A stretch of 64,000 bases of DNA, taken from assembly GCA_963785235.1 (NCBI GenBank), contig CAWAUM010000007.1, positions 160,001 to 224,000 of the forward strand, in the 5' to 3' direction. Under the pieces are notes generated by a model. That model had not been told where the DNA came from. It saw nothing but the letters and a program-made list of their open reading frames with translations, and searched no databases. This DNA is from an uncultured delta proteobacterium. Its GTDB lineage: Bacteria > Desulfobacterota > Desulfomonilia > UBA1062. Shown in pieces: positions 1-10,896 of this stretch. The position numbers and the translations under genes were made by a program. Each line of letters begins with the position of its first letter. Position 1 is the first letter of the stretch.

Positions 1-1
1 C

Positions 2-844
2 GGCCATCAGACACCCAGGTGGAATCCAAAGATGAAACCCTACATTTTCGGTTCACGTAACGGCATCCATATCATTGATCTCCAGAAGACCGAAAAGCTC
101 TTCGAAAAGGCATGCGATGTCATCCGTGAAACGGCAGCCAACGGCGGCAAGGTCTTGTTCGTAGGCACCAAGAAGCAGGCACAGGATGCCATCGAGGAAG
201 AATCCCAGAGGGTAGGGGCCTTTTATGTGAATTACCGCTGGCTCGGCGGCACACTCACGAATTTCTCCACTATCAAGAAGAGCGTGGACAAGCTCAAGTG
301 GCTTGAATCCATCATCGACAACAGCAACATCGAGAACTATCCCAAGAAGGAACAGATAATGATGAAGCGCCACAAGATGAAGCTCGAGCGCTCGCTCCAT
401 GGGATAAAGGATCTGGGAGGTCTCCCTGATGTCCTGTACATCGTTGACCCGGCTCGTGAGTATATAGCGGTCCGAGAGGCCAAGAAACTGAAGATACCCA
501 TAGTTGCCATTGTTGACACCAACTGCGATCCCACGCTCATCGACTATGTCATTCCCGGTAATGACGATGCCATAAGGGCTATCAGGCTGTTTACATCCAA
601 GATAGCGGATGCGGTTGATCAGGGCAGCCAGATCTGGCAGGAAAAGCTGGCCACCGAGTTAAAAGAGGCCACTGCCGATGACAAGGGCCAGACCAAGCAG
701 AGGTCCGCTGCACCCGAGGTTATGGGAAAGGGGCTTGAGCATGAGATTGAGATCATCGTTAAAGACAGCAGGCCGGCAAAGGTTAAGGACGCTGCAATAA
801 CAGCTGAGTCCGTGAACCCCACCGACGACGAAGAATCAGCATAG
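2..844 (+). CDS. rpsB: 30S ribosomal protein S2 (5' end outside window)
   Basis: Frame is open from position 2 ([17 protein letters not shown]). Motifs [16 protein letters not shown] and [11 protein letters not shown] are present; tsf follows. Confidence 0.97.
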   Translation, partial: GHQTPRWNPKMKPYIFGSRNGIHIIDLQKTEKLFEKACDVIRETAANGGKVLFVGTKKQAQDAIEEESQRVGAFYVNYRWLGGTLTNFSTIKKSVDKLKWLESIIDNSNIENYPKKEQIMMKRHKMKLERSLHGIKDLGGLPDVLYIVDPAREYIAVREAKKLKIPIVAIVDTNCDPTLIDYVIPGNDDAIRAIRLFTSKIADAVDQGSQIWQEKLATELKEATADDKGQTKQRSAAPEVMGKGLEHEIEIIVKDSRPAKVKDAAITAESVNPTDDEESA

Positions 845-865
845 AAAAGTAGTTGGAGGTATAGA

Positions 866-1465
866 GTGCAGATAACATCGGATGTTGTAAAAAAACTCAG
901 AGACAAGACAGGCGTGGGCATGATGGACTGCAAGAAGGCCCTTGAAGAGACGAATGGGGACTTTGAAAAGGCAGTGGAGGTCCTCAGGAAGAAAGGCATT
1001 GATGTTGCCAACAAGCGCTCCGGAAGAACAGCCAGCCAGGGCACAATAGCCTCATACATCCATATGGGCGGCAAGATCGGTGTGCTTCTTGAGGTGAACT
1101 GCGAGAGCGATTTTGTTGCAAAGTCGGACAACTTCAACAACTTCGTCAAAGACGTTTCCATGCAGATCGCTGCTGCAAACCCTGAGTGGGTAACAAGAGA
1201 AGAGGTGCCCCAGGAGGTACTGGATAAAGAAAAAGAAATCCTCAAAGATCAGGCACTCAAGACAGGCAAACCCGCAAACGTATTAGATAAGATCGTAGAA
1301 GGCAAACTCACCAAATTCTACTCCGAGCGTTGTCTGATCGATCAGCCTTTTGTTAAGGATCAGGACAGGACCGTTAAGCAGCTCCTGGAAGAATTGATGG
1401 CAAAAACCGGAGAGAAGTGCCTGGTAAGACGATTCGTTCGGTATCAGGTGGGTGAAGATATCTAG
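866..1465 (+). CDS. tsf: Elongation factor Ts (short form, GTG start)
   Basis: LRDKTGVGMMDCKKAL and EVNCESDFVA motifs; RBS GGAGG upstream; rpsB-tsf-pyrH-frr synteny. Confidence 0.97.
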   Translation: MQITSDVVKKLRDKTGVGMMDCKKALEETNGDFEKAVEVLRKKGIDVANKRSGRTASQGTIASYIHMGGKIGVLLEVNCESDFVAKSDNFNNFVKDVSMQIAAANPEWVTREEVPQEVLDKEKEILKDQALKTGKPANVLDKIVEGKLTKFYSERCLIDQPFVKDQDRTVKQLLEELMAKTGEKCLVRRFVRYQVGEDI

Positions 1466-1474
1466 AGGGTTCCA

Positions 1475-2192
1475 TTGCATTATAAACGAATACTGCTCAA
1501 GATAAGCGGAGAGGCCCTTGCCGGAGGTAAGGGCTTCGGCATTGACGATGCGACATTAAAAGGTTTTGTTGCATTGGTGAAGGCAGCCATTGATGCCGGG
1601 GCCCAGGTCGGCCTTGTTATCGGCGGGGGGAATATCTTCAGGGGGATCAGCGCCACGTCCGTTATCGACCGGGTCAGCGCCGATCACATGGGCATGCTTG
1701 CTACCGTGATCAACGCCCTGGCCTTCAAGAGTGCACTTGATTGCCCAGGGTTGCCAGTGCAAGATCATGAGCGCCATCCACATACCCTCCATGGCAGAAC
1801 CCGTAGTAAGCGAAAGGGCAATCCATCATCTTGAGAAGGGAAGGGTTGTAATTTTTGCAGGCGGAACCGGCAGTCCGTTTTTCACAACCGATACCACTGC
1901 CGCATTGAGGGCCCTTGAGATCAGGGCTGATGTGCTCATAAAGGCCACGAAGGTAAACGGCATTTATGACAAAGATCCCATGAAGCATAAGGATGCACAG
2001 TTTTTCCCCGAGCTTGACTTTGATATGGTCCTTAAGATGAAGCTTGGTGTCATGGATGCAACTGCAATTTCCCTGTGCCGTGAAAACGGACTGGAAGTAA
2101 GGGTGATCAATATTTTCGAGCATGAGAGCTTGGCAAGACTCCTGAAAGGAGAGGAGATCGGATCAGTTGTAAGAGCGAGGAGGGAGAATTAA
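1475..2192 (+). CDS. pyrH: UMP kinase (one apparent frameshift near 1735)
   Basis: ORF 1475-1834 has [13 protein letters not shown] and GGGNIFRG...[12 protein letters not shown] 1731-2192 continues with [11 protein letters not shown] and VMDATA. Confidence 0.93.
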
Positions 2193-2749
2193 TGGTTGAT
2201 GACATCATCAATGACATGAAGCGCGGAATGAACAAGACCGTAGATTCCATGAAGGGTTCACTTCAAAAGGTTCGCACAGGCCGGGCTTCCATCGGTATCC
2301 TGGACGGAATCATGGTGGATTACTACGGCACTCCTACACCCATGAATCAACTGGCAACCATGGCTGTGCCGGAGGCGAGACTCATCACCATACAACCCTG
2401 GGACAAAGGTGCACTGGCACCCATCGAAAAGGCAATAATGAAATCCGAACTCGGTCTTACCCCTAACAACGACGGGAAGATCATCCGTGTCCCCATTCCC
2501 CCTCTGAACGAAGAGAGGAGAAGGGATCTTGTAAAAATGATCAAGAAAACGGCCGAAGAATTTCGTGTAGAGGCCCGTAACCATCGTCGTGATGCCAATG
2601 CACTGTTAAAAGACCTTGAGAAGGAAAAAGGAATCAACAAAGACGAGCTCAAGGTTGCCCAGGACAAGGTTCAGGACCTTACCGACAACTGCATCAAACA
2701 ACTCGATGAACAGCTTGCGATAAAAGAAAAAGAGATTATGGAAGTCTGA
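2192..2749 (+). CDS. frr: Ribosome recycling factor
   Basis: RTGRAS, VDYYGTPTP and PPLNEERRRDLVK motifs; 185 aa. Confidence 0.97.
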   Translation: MVDDIINDMKRGMNKTVDSMKGSLQKVRTGRASIGILDGIMVDYYGTPTPMNQLATMAVPEARLITIQPWDKGALAPIEKAIMKSELGLTPNNDGKIIRVPIPPLNEERRRDLVKMIKKTAEEFRVEARNHRRDANALLKDLEKEKGINKDELKVAQDKVQDLTDNCIKQLDEQLAIKEKEIMEV

Positions 2750-2855
2750 TGAGTATACTTAGAGGCAGAGTAGTTCTTAAGCATCAGACAGGTGTTGAGC
2801 CTGGTATTGATTTATACGAAGATATCTCGACTGGAAAGAACGAGGAGGTGCATCT

Positions 2856-3353
2856 GTGATTCGCGCAAAAGAGGAAAAGGTTTCTTCACGATTTATGATG
2901 TACTTTAAACCAACAAACTTGAGTGAGCTCAGGGTCATTTCGCGGATGCTGAACATCGCCATGGTTGATTTTGTAGGTGCTGCCATGGATGCTTATATCT
3001 TCAAGAAAGAAGGGGAGCTGGACGGGAAAGTGCCGTTGCGTCAGAAGAGAAGATACGTAGGCCCAAGGAACGATACATCCGAGAAGCGGATTCGTTATGT
3101 CATGCGCCTGGACAAGAACCTGGTGGAGAAGCTCAGAGACATCGCGTCTTTTGACAACCGCAGGTTTACCCATGTCTGTGATGATGCCGTTGCCAACTTT
3201 ATTCAGTTCACAAAGCAGGCCAAGAATTTTAAGAATATCTGGACGGCACGGTCTGATGTCGAGGCAGTCAGAGGAAGGAAGAGCGTCAAATCCAATGAGG
3301 AGATAGCAGGCCTCTTGAATGGATATAAGAATAAGGTTCCATCAGTAGGCTGA
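2856..3353 (+). CDS. Hypothetical protein, probable tandem ribbon-helix-helix DNA-binding protein
   Basis: RBS GAGGAGG before a GTG start. Two strand-helix-helix-like segments: RFMMYFKPTNLSELRVISRMLNIAMVDFVGAAMDAYI and RYVMRLDKNLVEKLRDIASFDNRRFTHVCDDAVANFI. Confidence 0.6.
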   Translation: MIRAKEEKVSSRFMMYFKPTNLSELRVISRMLNIAMVDFVGAAMDAYIFKKEGELDGKVPLRQKRRYVGPRNDTSEKRIRYVMRLDKNLVEKLRDIASFDNRRFTHVCDDAVANFIQFTKQAKNFKNIWTARSDVEAVRGRKSVKSNEEIAGLLNGYKNKVPSVG

Positions 3354-3386
3354 CGGAAGAGTGGATTTGAAGCGAAGGAGGAGCTC

Positions 3387-4931
3387 TTGAAAGGTTCTGG
3401 GCCCTCCGACCTCCGGCAAAAGGGCATTTTTCCCAACCTGTCCGTGTGTATTCGTCCTGCCGGGGGACACAGAGATATTAACGGATGGTACAGGGCATCA
3501 TTTAGCGGAAGTGTTGTCTGTATTGTCCTGTATACCGCTTTCGGGTATATATTTGTCAGGGCGCATGCCGTTGGGATAGCAGCCGAGATGGCCCAATTGG
3601 CCCGTTTCGGCATGACCGCGCTCATCAATCCGCATGATGTCCATCTGAGCGCGCTGGGCCACCAGCTTGCCAGTGCCCTTTTCTTCGGAATGACGCTTGG
3701 AACCCTGAATGCCCTTGTGTGCATGGCGCTGACCTTTCCTGCGTGGGTCTCAGGCCGTTTTGCACGCCAGGATCTCTTTGCCTTTGCCGGGGCGGTCTCT
3801 GTATGCACATTCTTCACCTTCAGTACGGACATGCCCTGGGTATCTATCTGTTTCGGCCTTCTTTGCCCCTTGACCTTCACCTTTGTCTGGCTCTTTATGG
3901 TCAGGAAAACAGGGCACAGACGCATCAATAGAAAAAGATGGGCAATCTTCTGTGGAATCATCATTGCCCCCCTGGCGATTATCATCGGGACCGGCTCATC
4001 ATTCCTGACCATACGTGATTCCATGCTCTCCATGAGGGTTACAGAGGCATTGAGTGATGTCTACTATGAGCATACCCTTCTGTCTGCTGATGTGATCAAA
4101 CCCATTTCTGCCAGGTCCCAAAACGTAATTGCCTTATCTGATGATATAAAATCTCTCGGGTACACTCCCCACGGGACCCTCTGGATCAGGTCAGGCAGTC
4201 CTTGCTCGGTTAAAGGTGCAACCTTTGCGGTGAGCTCTCAGGGTTTGAACTGCAGGTCTCTCCGGCTTCCGGATGACAGCCGTAACGCAAATGATGATAA
4301 CAGGATAATAGAGAATCTGAGCAAGGCCATAGATCCCAACAAACGGATGCGCGGCGGTATCGGCTTCTTCTTTTTTTCCGGACCGTTGATCGTCATTACC
4401 GCACTCATCCTGTCATGGTTTGCCCTTGCACTGGAGATGGTTTTCGCCAGGAGCAGGCTGATCGCGTTCATACTTGTCATTGCCTATCTTTCGTTCTTTA
4501 TACCCTTGTTCCATGGGGCATATCTTCTGGCGCAGCTCAAGTCCCATCCGGAAAGGATATCAGACTACGGCGCCTCTACTGTGGAGAGGATGCGCTATGC
4601 CGCTGTAGCCACATATCCGGGTGCCCTGTCCAAGGAAGACCTTGTGCGGCTAATGCAGGACCCAAGCGCCCGTGTGCGGGTAAATGCCGTGGTCGAGGCA
4701 GGGGATCGTATGGACATGACCCTTGTGCCGGCCATTGATGCCAGGTTGAAAGACCCCAAAATGAATGTCCGGACCAAGGCATGCTGGGCCCTTGGCAGGA
4801 TACAATCGGATGAGGCGCTGAACCTCCTGGACAAGGCAGTACACGAAGATCCTTCATGGTATGTGCGGGATTATGCCTATGCCTCAATAGGCCGGATCAG
4901 GCCCGAGACCAAGGTGATATCCCTTAAGTAG
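3387..4931 (+). CDS. Membrane protein with C-terminal HEAT repeats
   Basis: Several hydrophobic segments. The C-terminus has HEAT/PBS-like repeats (DPSARVRVNAV, DPKMNVRTKACWALG, DPSWYVRDYAYASIG). Confidence 0.75.
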   Translation: MKGSGPSDLRQKGIFPNLSVCIRPAGGHRDINGWYRASFSGSVVCIVLYTAFGYIFVRAHAVGIAAEMAQLARFGMTALINPHDVHLSALGHQLASALFFGMTLGTLNALVCMALTFPAWVSGRFARQDLFAFAGAVSVCTFFTFSTDMPWVSICFGLLCPLTFTFVWLFMVRKTGHRRINRKRWAIFCGIIIAPLAIIIGTGSSFLTIRDSMLSMRVTEALSDVYYEHTLLSADVIKPISARSQNVIALSDDIKSLGYTPHGTLWIRSGSPCSVKGATFAVSSQGLNCRSLRLPDDSRNANDDNRIIENLSKAIDPNKRMRGGIGFFFFSGPLIVITALILSWFALALEMVFARSRLIAFILVIAYLSFFIPLFHGAYLLAQLKSHPERISDYGASTVERMRYAAVATYPGALSKEDLVRLMQDPSARVRVNAVVEAGDRMDMTLVPAIDARLKDPKMNVRTKACWALGRIQSDEALNLLDKAVHEDPSWYVRDYAYASIGRIRPETKVISLK

Positions 4932-5033
4932 CAGCAAATATGCCTGTCGTCCTTGAGATAACATGGAATCTGTGTTAGGCATTCTTTCGTTGAAAACAAA
5001 TAATCTGGGCAAACCAGGCGATCGGGGCAGCTT

Positions 5034-5882
5034 ATGATTCAGATAAAAGACAAACCGCCGGCCAAAAGAAAAGAAGAGGGAAAAGAGAATCCAAAAGAGA
5101 GGCTTTCCCTCATCAGGCACACCATCATGGTCATGAGCGGCAAGGGCGGTGTGGGCAAATCCACCGTGGCTGCCAACCTGGCGGCAGGACTGGCGCGACT
5201 GGGACATGCCGTGGGTGTCCTTGACGGCGACATGCATGGCCCCGATATCCCGAAGATCCTGGGCATTGAGGACTGCTCCCTAAAGGGCGATGAAGATGGA
5301 TATATGATCCCTGTGGATGTTTACAAAAATCTCAGGGCAGTCTCCGTAGGGAACCTTCTGGAAAATAAGGACCAGCCCATTATCTGGCGCGGCCCCGTGA
5401 AGCATTCGGTGATGAAGCATTTTATCAATGACGTAAAATGGGGTGAGCTTGATTTTCTCATCGTCGACCTCCCTCCCGGCACAGGGGACGAGCCGCTTTC
5501 TATTGCACAGCTCATAAGGCAGGCCCATGCAGACCGATCGCCCTGGGCCGTCATCGTCACGACACCCCAGGATGTTGCCCTGCTGGATTCACGCAAGAGT
5601 GTTGAATTCGCAAAGGCATTAAATCTGAACATGCTCGGCATTATCGAGAATATGAGCACCTTTTCCTGTCCCCACTGCGGACATGCCATCGATCTTTTCA
5701 AGGCAGGAGGGGGTGAACATGCCGCCCATGATCTTGATGTACCTTTTCTGGGTGCCATACCCATTGACCCGGCTGTTGTGCGGGATACCGACAGCGGCAG
5801 GCCATTCATGCTCTATAACATGAGCTGTACTGCAGGCATGGCCTTTCAACGAATCGTAGAAAAGATACTGAAATCTTTCTAA
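5034..5882 (+). CDS. mrp: Mrp/NBP35 (ApbC) family Fe-S cluster carrier ATPase
   Basis: SGKGGVGKST, IWRGP, DLPPGTGD, VTTPQ and ENMSTFSCPHC motifs. Confidence 0.93.
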   Translation: MIQIKDKPPAKRKEEGKENPKERLSLIRHTIMVMSGKGGVGKSTVAANLAAGLARLGHAVGVLDGDMHGPDIPKILGIEDCSLKGDEDGYMIPVDVYKNLRAVSVGNLLENKDQPIIWRGPVKHSVMKHFINDVKWGELDFLIVDLPPGTGDEPLSIAQLIRQAHADRSPWAVIVTTPQDVALLDSRKSVEFAKALNLNMLGIIENMSTFSCPHCGHAIDLFKAGGGEHAAHDLDVPFLGAIPIDPAVVRDTDSGRPFMLYNMSCTAGMAFQRIVEKILKSF

Positions 5883-6083
5883 TATTTTGTATTACTTACG
5901 GTTCTGAATTAGATATGCCATAGCACCACAATCTTTTCCGGCACCACGCTTTTATCTTGACTGGTGAGCAGCCTTACCATAAATTCTGCTACAACCCGAT
6001 GGTAAGGGCATTTGGAATGGCATTAGGGATGAAACCTGTAGACAGCCTCTTTTAAGATGGAAGTAAGGTGAGAAAACAGACCT

Positions 6084-9000
6084 ATGTTTGAATTTCATAT
6101 ATCCCGTAGAGCTCGGGAACTCTATCAGTTCGATAAAACATTGTATTCCTTCTCGGGCAATGTGATCTTTGCCTCTGCGCATGCAGCAAGGGAATTTGCC
6201 GACAAGATGAACCACATCCGGGATGTTGCGGCGCATCCTGAACGAGCAGTGCGTGCCTCCGACATCAATGCCATGGGTTTGATCGATGAGGTGCTGCACT
6301 TTATGATAGAGGTTTACCGCAGGCAGGTTAACCCTAACATCATAAAGGATGCCTACGGATATGCCGCCTCCAGACTCACTGCGGTGGATAACACCTTGGA
6401 GCTCTTCTTAGACCAGTTTCCACCCAGGGATGTTTACATGGGCTTATCGTCGGTCAAGGAATATCTTGAATCCGCTACACTAGGAGTTTCAAACAAGCTC
6501 ATTGCCATGGAAGAGATGCTCTTGCTCTTCATCTCCAATGAGAATCCGGCGCTCATGCCCTATAAGGAGCTCTTTGACGACTCGCAGCTGAGAGAGGAAA
6601 CGCCTTATATCCAGATCATCACCTGCCTTGATGAATTTTTCAGGACACAACCGACCTTGGGAACTTTCGGACAGACCCTTCTCGATCTGCTGTTGGCGCC
6701 CATGAGGGCTGCACCTCATTCCCTCTATGACCAGCTTAACTATATCAGACTCCACTGGGGAACTGTATTAGCAGATCTTTATATCAAGCTGTTAGGCGGT
6801 ATCGACCTCATCAAGGAAGAAACCAAGGCCCGTTTCCTTGGCCCGGGAACCTCACCTGTCCCTTTTTTCACCCTGAAGGACATAGAAGATCTCGAGCGGT
6901 TCAGCGCGGACCTCGACTGGATGGCAAGCCTGGTGCTTATGGCCAAGAGCGTATATGTGTGGCTGCACCAGCTCTGCGTCAAATATCAAAGGCATATCTG
7001 GCGGCTCGACCAGATCCCCGACGAGGAGCTGGAGATACTCGCCAGATGGGGATTCACCGGGCTGTGGCTTATCGGCATATGGGAGCGGAGCCCTGCCTCG
7101 TGCACCATCAAGCAGATGACCGGAAACCCCGAGGCCGCTGCCTCGGCGTATTCCATCTATGATTACTCCATTGCATCAGAACTTGGCGGCGAGGAGGCCT
7201 TCGAAAACCTCAAGGCCCGCTCACTGCGTTACGGCATAAGGATGGCCACCGACATGGTGCCCAACCATATGGGCATCTACTCCAAGTGGGTTGTGGAACA
7301 TCCCGACTGGTTCATCCAGCTCGACCACAGCCCATTCCCGGGCTATCGGTTCAGCGGGGCCAACCTTTCAGGTGAAGAACGCGTGGAGATCCAGATTGAA
7401 GACGGCTACTGGGACAGGCGCGATGCCGCGGTGGTATTCCGGCGTCATGACCGTTACACCGGGCAAAGCAGGTATATTTACCATGGCAATGACGGAACGA
7501 GCATGCCCTGGAACGACACGGCCCAGCTGGATTTTTTAAAGCACGAGGTGCGCCAGGCGGTTATCAACCAGACCATTGCCATTGCAAAGAAATTCCCCAT
7601 CATCCGCTTCGATGCAGCCATGACGCTGGCCAAGAGGCACTTCCAGCGTCTCTGGTATCCGCCTCCAGGCTATGGCGGTGACATACCGTCGCGCTCCGGC
7701 CATGGGGTGTCGCCCGATGAGTTCGAAGAATGCTTTCCCATTGAATTCTGGAGGGAACTGGTGGACAGGGTTGCAGCAGAGGTGCCCAACACCCTGCTCC
7801 TGGCAGAGGCCTTCTGGCTCATGGAAGGGTACTTTGTGAGAAGCCTGGGCATGCACCGCGTCTATAACAGCGCCTTCATGAACATGCTCAAGACCGAAGA
7901 GAACAGCAAATACCGCGATGTCATGAAAAATGTGCTGCGCTTCAACCCCGAGATCCTAAGGCGGTTCGTCAACTTCATGAACAACCCTGACGAAGAGCCT
8001 GCGGTCCACGGGTTCGGCAAGGACGACAAGTATTTCGGCGTGGCCACGCTCATGGCAACCATGCCGGGCCTGCCCATGTTCGGCCACGGGCAGATAGAGG
8101 GGTACTCTGAAAAATACGGCATGGAATACAAGAGGGCCTATTGGGAAGAGACCATTGACGAGCACCTTGTAAGGCGTCATGAGCGCGAGATTTTCCCTCT
8201 CCTGAAGAAGCGCCGCCTTTTCAGCGGTGTGGAAAACTTTGTCATGTATGACGTGCGCACGCCGGAAGGACATGTGAACGAAGACATATTCGCCTATTCC
8301 AACAGGTATGGCGATGAGCGTTCGCTCGTGGTTTATAACAACCGCTATGCCGAGGTCACAGGCATCATCAAGAGTTCTGTGGGCATGAACATGGAAAACA
8401 ACGGCAGGAGGCACATCATCCATAAAGGCCTTGGAGATGGCCTGCAGCTGAAGAACGAGGGGGCTGTCTACTACACCTTCCGTGACCACAGGACAGGACT
8501 GGAATATATCCGTAACAGCCACAGGCTCTGGCAGGACGGGCTGATGATTCACCTTGGGGCTTTCGGGTGCCACGTTTTCACAACCTTCAGCGAGGTCTAC
8601 GACCACGACGGCGCATGCCGTATCCTTGAAGAGAAGCTCCTGGGCAAGGGAGTTCTTGATGTGATGAGGGCGCTGAGAGAGACCTATCTTGAAAAGGTGC
8701 TTGTGCCCTTTGGCGAGTTGCTTACCGGTGATACCCTGAGGATGCTCCTGGAGCAGGGAAGAAAAACTCTCAAGGTGCCTGCCGTGTACCAGGAACGACT
8801 GGTCTCGTTCCTGCGTAATGCCAGGGAATTTGCAGGATGGGCTGCCCGGGAGACCTCTGTGGCAGACAAGTCGTGCTCCATGATGGAGACGCTCTTCTTC
8901 ATGGATGCGGCAAGGGGCAAGACGCAATGGAAGAAAGACAAAAAGGCGCAGTCCGTAATGTCGCTCATTCCGGAGATCATGCCTGATGACCTCAAAGGCT

Positions 9001-9515
9001 GGAGGTTGGCTGTTTTCTGTTCTGTCGTGTCCCATATCGACGGACTTATGGTCGAGGAAGAGAAATCGGCAAGGTCCATCAAGCTGATTGAAGACTGGAT
9101 GCTGGACTGGGCATTGGAAAAGGCCATGGTAATCCTCGGCACGGACGAGGGCAGTGCACGATACGAGGTGTCTCTGATTAAGATCCTCACCCGGTATCAA
9201 GGGCAGAGCGCCCTGCAGAATATGAAACAATTCAGTTCCAAGATGAAAGAAATGCTCGTTGATACACAAGTAAGAGACTTTCTCGGTTTCAACCGGTTCA
9301 ACGAAACATGGTGGTTTAACAAGGAGTCCATGGAGACACTGATCTCCTGGCTTGCTTTTTCGTCTGTCATGCAGCAACTCTCAGGTCAAAAGCACAGCGA
9401 AAAGGTTTTAAAGGAAATCCTGCACAAGACATACGAAACGTGTCAAGAACTCATGAAACGTGTTGAATCATCCGGATATGACGCATCAAAACTCTTAGCA
9501 TTGCTGGATACATAA
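6084..9515 (+). CDS. Large alpha-amylase family (GH13) glycoside hydrolase
   Basis: GH13 regions DMVPNH, IIRFDAAM (nucleophile Asp), LLAEAFW (acid/base Glu) and FMNNPDEE; 1143 aa with long N- and C-terminal extensions. Confidence 0.85.
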   Translation: MFEFHISRRARELYQFDKTLYSFSGNVIFASAHAAREFADKMNHIRDVAAHPERAVRASDINAMGLIDEVLHFMIEVYRRQVNPNIIKDAYGYAASRLTAVDNTLELFLDQFPPRDVYMGLSSVKEYLESATLGVSNKLIAMEEMLLLFISNENPALMPYKELFDDSQLREETPYIQIITCLDEFFRTQPTLGTFGQTLLDLLLAPMRAAPHSLYDQLNYIRLHWGTVLADLYIKLLGGIDLIKEETKARFLGPGTSPVPFFTLKDIEDLERFSADLDWMASLVLMAKSVYVWLHQLCVKYQRHIWRLDQIPDEELEILARWGFTGLWLIGIWERSPASCTIKQMTGNPEAAASAYSIYDYSIASELGGEEAFENLKARSLRYGIRMATDMVPNHMGIYSKWVVEHPDWFIQLDHSPFPGYRFSGANLSGEERVEIQIEDGYWDRRDAAVVFRRHDRYTGQSRYIYHGNDGTSMPWNDTAQLDFLKHEVRQAVINQTIAIAKKFPIIRFDAAMTLAKRHFQRLWYPPPGYGGDIPSRSGHGVSPDEFEECFPIEFWRELVDRVAAEVPNTLLLAEAFWLMEGYFVRSLGMHRVYNSAFMNMLKTEENSKYRDVMKNVLRFNPEILRRFVNFMNNPDEEPAVHGFGKDDKYFGVATLMATMPGLPMFGHGQIEGYSEKYGMEYKRAYWEETIDEHLVRRHEREIFPLLKKRRLFSGVENFVMYDVRTPEGHVNEDIFAYSNRYGDERSLVVYNNRYAEVTGIIKSSVGMNMENNGRRHIIHKGLGDGLQLKNEGAVYYTFRDHRTGLEYIRNSHRLWQDGLMIHLGAFGCHVFTTFSEVYDHDGACRILEEKLLGKGVLDVMRALRETYLEKVLVPFGELLTGDTLRMLLEQGRKTLKVPAVYQERLVSFLRNAREFAGWAARETSVADKSCSMMETLFFMDAARGKTQWKKDKKAQSVMSLIPEIMPDDLKGWRLAVFCSVVSHIDGLMVEEEKSARSIKLIEDWMLDWALEKAMVILGTDEGSARYEVSLIKILTRYQGQSALQNMKQFSSKMKEMLVDTQVRDFLGFNRFNETWWFNKESMETLISWLAFSSVMQQLSGQKHSEKVLKEILHKTYETCQELMKRVESSGYDASKLLALLDT

Positions 9516-9527
9516 GGAGTAACGATA

Positions 9528-10877
9528 ATGGGCAGACTATTCGGCACTGATGGAATCAGGGGAGTGGCAAACGTCCATCCCATGACCGCTGAAATGGCGC
9601 TCAAGGCGGGCAGGGCCATTGCTTATCTTTCAAGAAAAGAGGGCCATACGCCAAGAATCCTCATCGGCAAGGACACCAGGGTTTCCGGTTACATGCTTGA
9701 AAGCGCGCTGGTCTCGGGCATCTGTTCCATGGGCGCGGATGCCTTGCAGGTCGGGGTCATGAGCACGCCCGGGGTAGCCTTTCTCACGGTAAGCATGAGG
9801 GCGGATGCGGGCATCGTGATCTCAGCCTCCCACAACCCTTATGAGGACAACGGGATCAAGATATTTTCCAAGGATGGGTTCAAGCTTCCTGATTCGCGCG
9901 AGGCAGCCATTGAAAATATCCTCCTGGCAGAAGACTTCTCCACCTATCACGCCGAGCGGGAGAGCATCGGCAAGGCCTACCGCATTGACGATGCCAGGGG
10001 CCGTTACATCGTGTACCTCAAGCGCTCTTTCCCTGATGAGTATTCACTGGAAGGTATGAAGATCGTTCTCGACTGCGCCAATGGGGCAACCTACCGTATT
10101 GCGCCGGAGGTCTTTTTTGAGCTCGGCGCCAAGGTGTTACCCTTGTTCCACGAACCGGACGGCAAGAACATCAACAAGGGATGCGGATCACAGCACCCTG
10201 AGGCCCTTGCCTATGAGGTGGTCAAAAACGGAGCGGACGCCGGTTTTGCCTTTGATGGTGACGGCGACAGGGTGATTGCCGTGGACGAGAAGGGGGATGT
10301 GCTCACGGGCGACCATATGCTTGCCCTGTGCGCGGCATCCATGAAGAGACAGGGAACCCTGAAGCACAATCTCCTGGTGGCGACCGTCATGAGCAACCTG
10401 GGCATGAAGGTAGCGTTGAAGGAACATGGTATAGATATGGCAGAAACCAAGGTGGGTGACCGCTATGTGCTCGAGGAGATGCACAAGCGCGGGGCAGTCA
10501 TAGGGGGTGAGCAGTCGGGCCATCTCATCTTCCTTGATCATCATACCTCGGGTGACGGTATCATCTCGGCCCTGCAGGTGCTCAGGGCAATGAAGACCGA
10601 GGGCAAGCCGCTTTCAGAGCTTGCCAAGATCATGAAGGTCTTTCCCCAGAAGCTCATCAATATAGACGTTAAAAGCAAACCGGACCTGGAAACATTCCCG
10701 GAGATCATGTCGGTGATCAAAGAAGTGGAAGGGATGCTCGGCGAGAAGGGAAGGGTGCTTGTACGCTATTCCGGCACCCAGCAGATGTGCCGGGTGATGG
10801 TGGAGGGACCCACCGAGCACGAGACCGACAGGTACAGCCAGATGATCTCAAAGGTAATTGCCGACAGGATAGGTTAA
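9528..10877 (+). CDS. glmM: Phosphoglucosamine mutase
   Basis: LFGTDGIRG, ISASHNP, DGDGDR, GGEQSGH and VRYSGT motifs. Confidence 0.95.
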   Translation: MGRLFGTDGIRGVANVHPMTAEMALKAGRAIAYLSRKEGHTPRILIGKDTRVSGYMLESALVSGICSMGADALQVGVMSTPGVAFLTVSMRADAGIVISASHNPYEDNGIKIFSKDGFKLPDSREAAIENILLAEDFSTYHAERESIGKAYRIDDARGRYIVYLKRSFPDEYSLEGMKIVLDCANGATYRIAPEVFFELGAKVLPLFHEPDGKNINKGCGSQHPEALAYEVVKNGADAGFAFDGDGDRVIAVDEKGDVLTGDHMLALCAASMKRQGTLKHNLLVATVMSNLGMKVALKEHGIDMAETKVGDRYVLEEMHKRGAVIGGEQSGHLIFLDHHTSGDGIISALQVLRAMKTEGKPLSELAKIMKVFPQKLINIDVKSKPDLETFPEIMSVIKEVEGMLGEKGRVLVRYSGTQQMCRVMVEGPTEHETDRYSQMISKVIADRIG

Positions 10878-10896
10878 GGACGTAAAGGACTGCTGC

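Noticed and set aside
866-1465. Short EF-Ts as a truncation
   Set aside because: EF-Ts of about 200 aa is a known natural form, and the C-terminal RRFVRYQVGE is intact.
1475-2192. pyrH (and GSIII, asnB, the NtrC gene, the glmS-like gene) as pseudogenes or programmed frameshifts
   Set aside because: pyrH is normally essential, and single-base indels are scattered window-wide without accumulated stops. Sequencing error is more likely.
6050-6086. GGAAGTAAGGT resembling the glnA (glutamine) riboswitch core
   Set aside because: The flanking CGTT and GAAG.AACG elements and the P1/P2 stems are missing, and the downstream gene is a GH13.
7956-9377. Long antisense ORFs (473 aa here; also 15219-16067 and 3203-4033)
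   Set aside because: These are shadow frames of well-supported genes and show no recognisable motifs.
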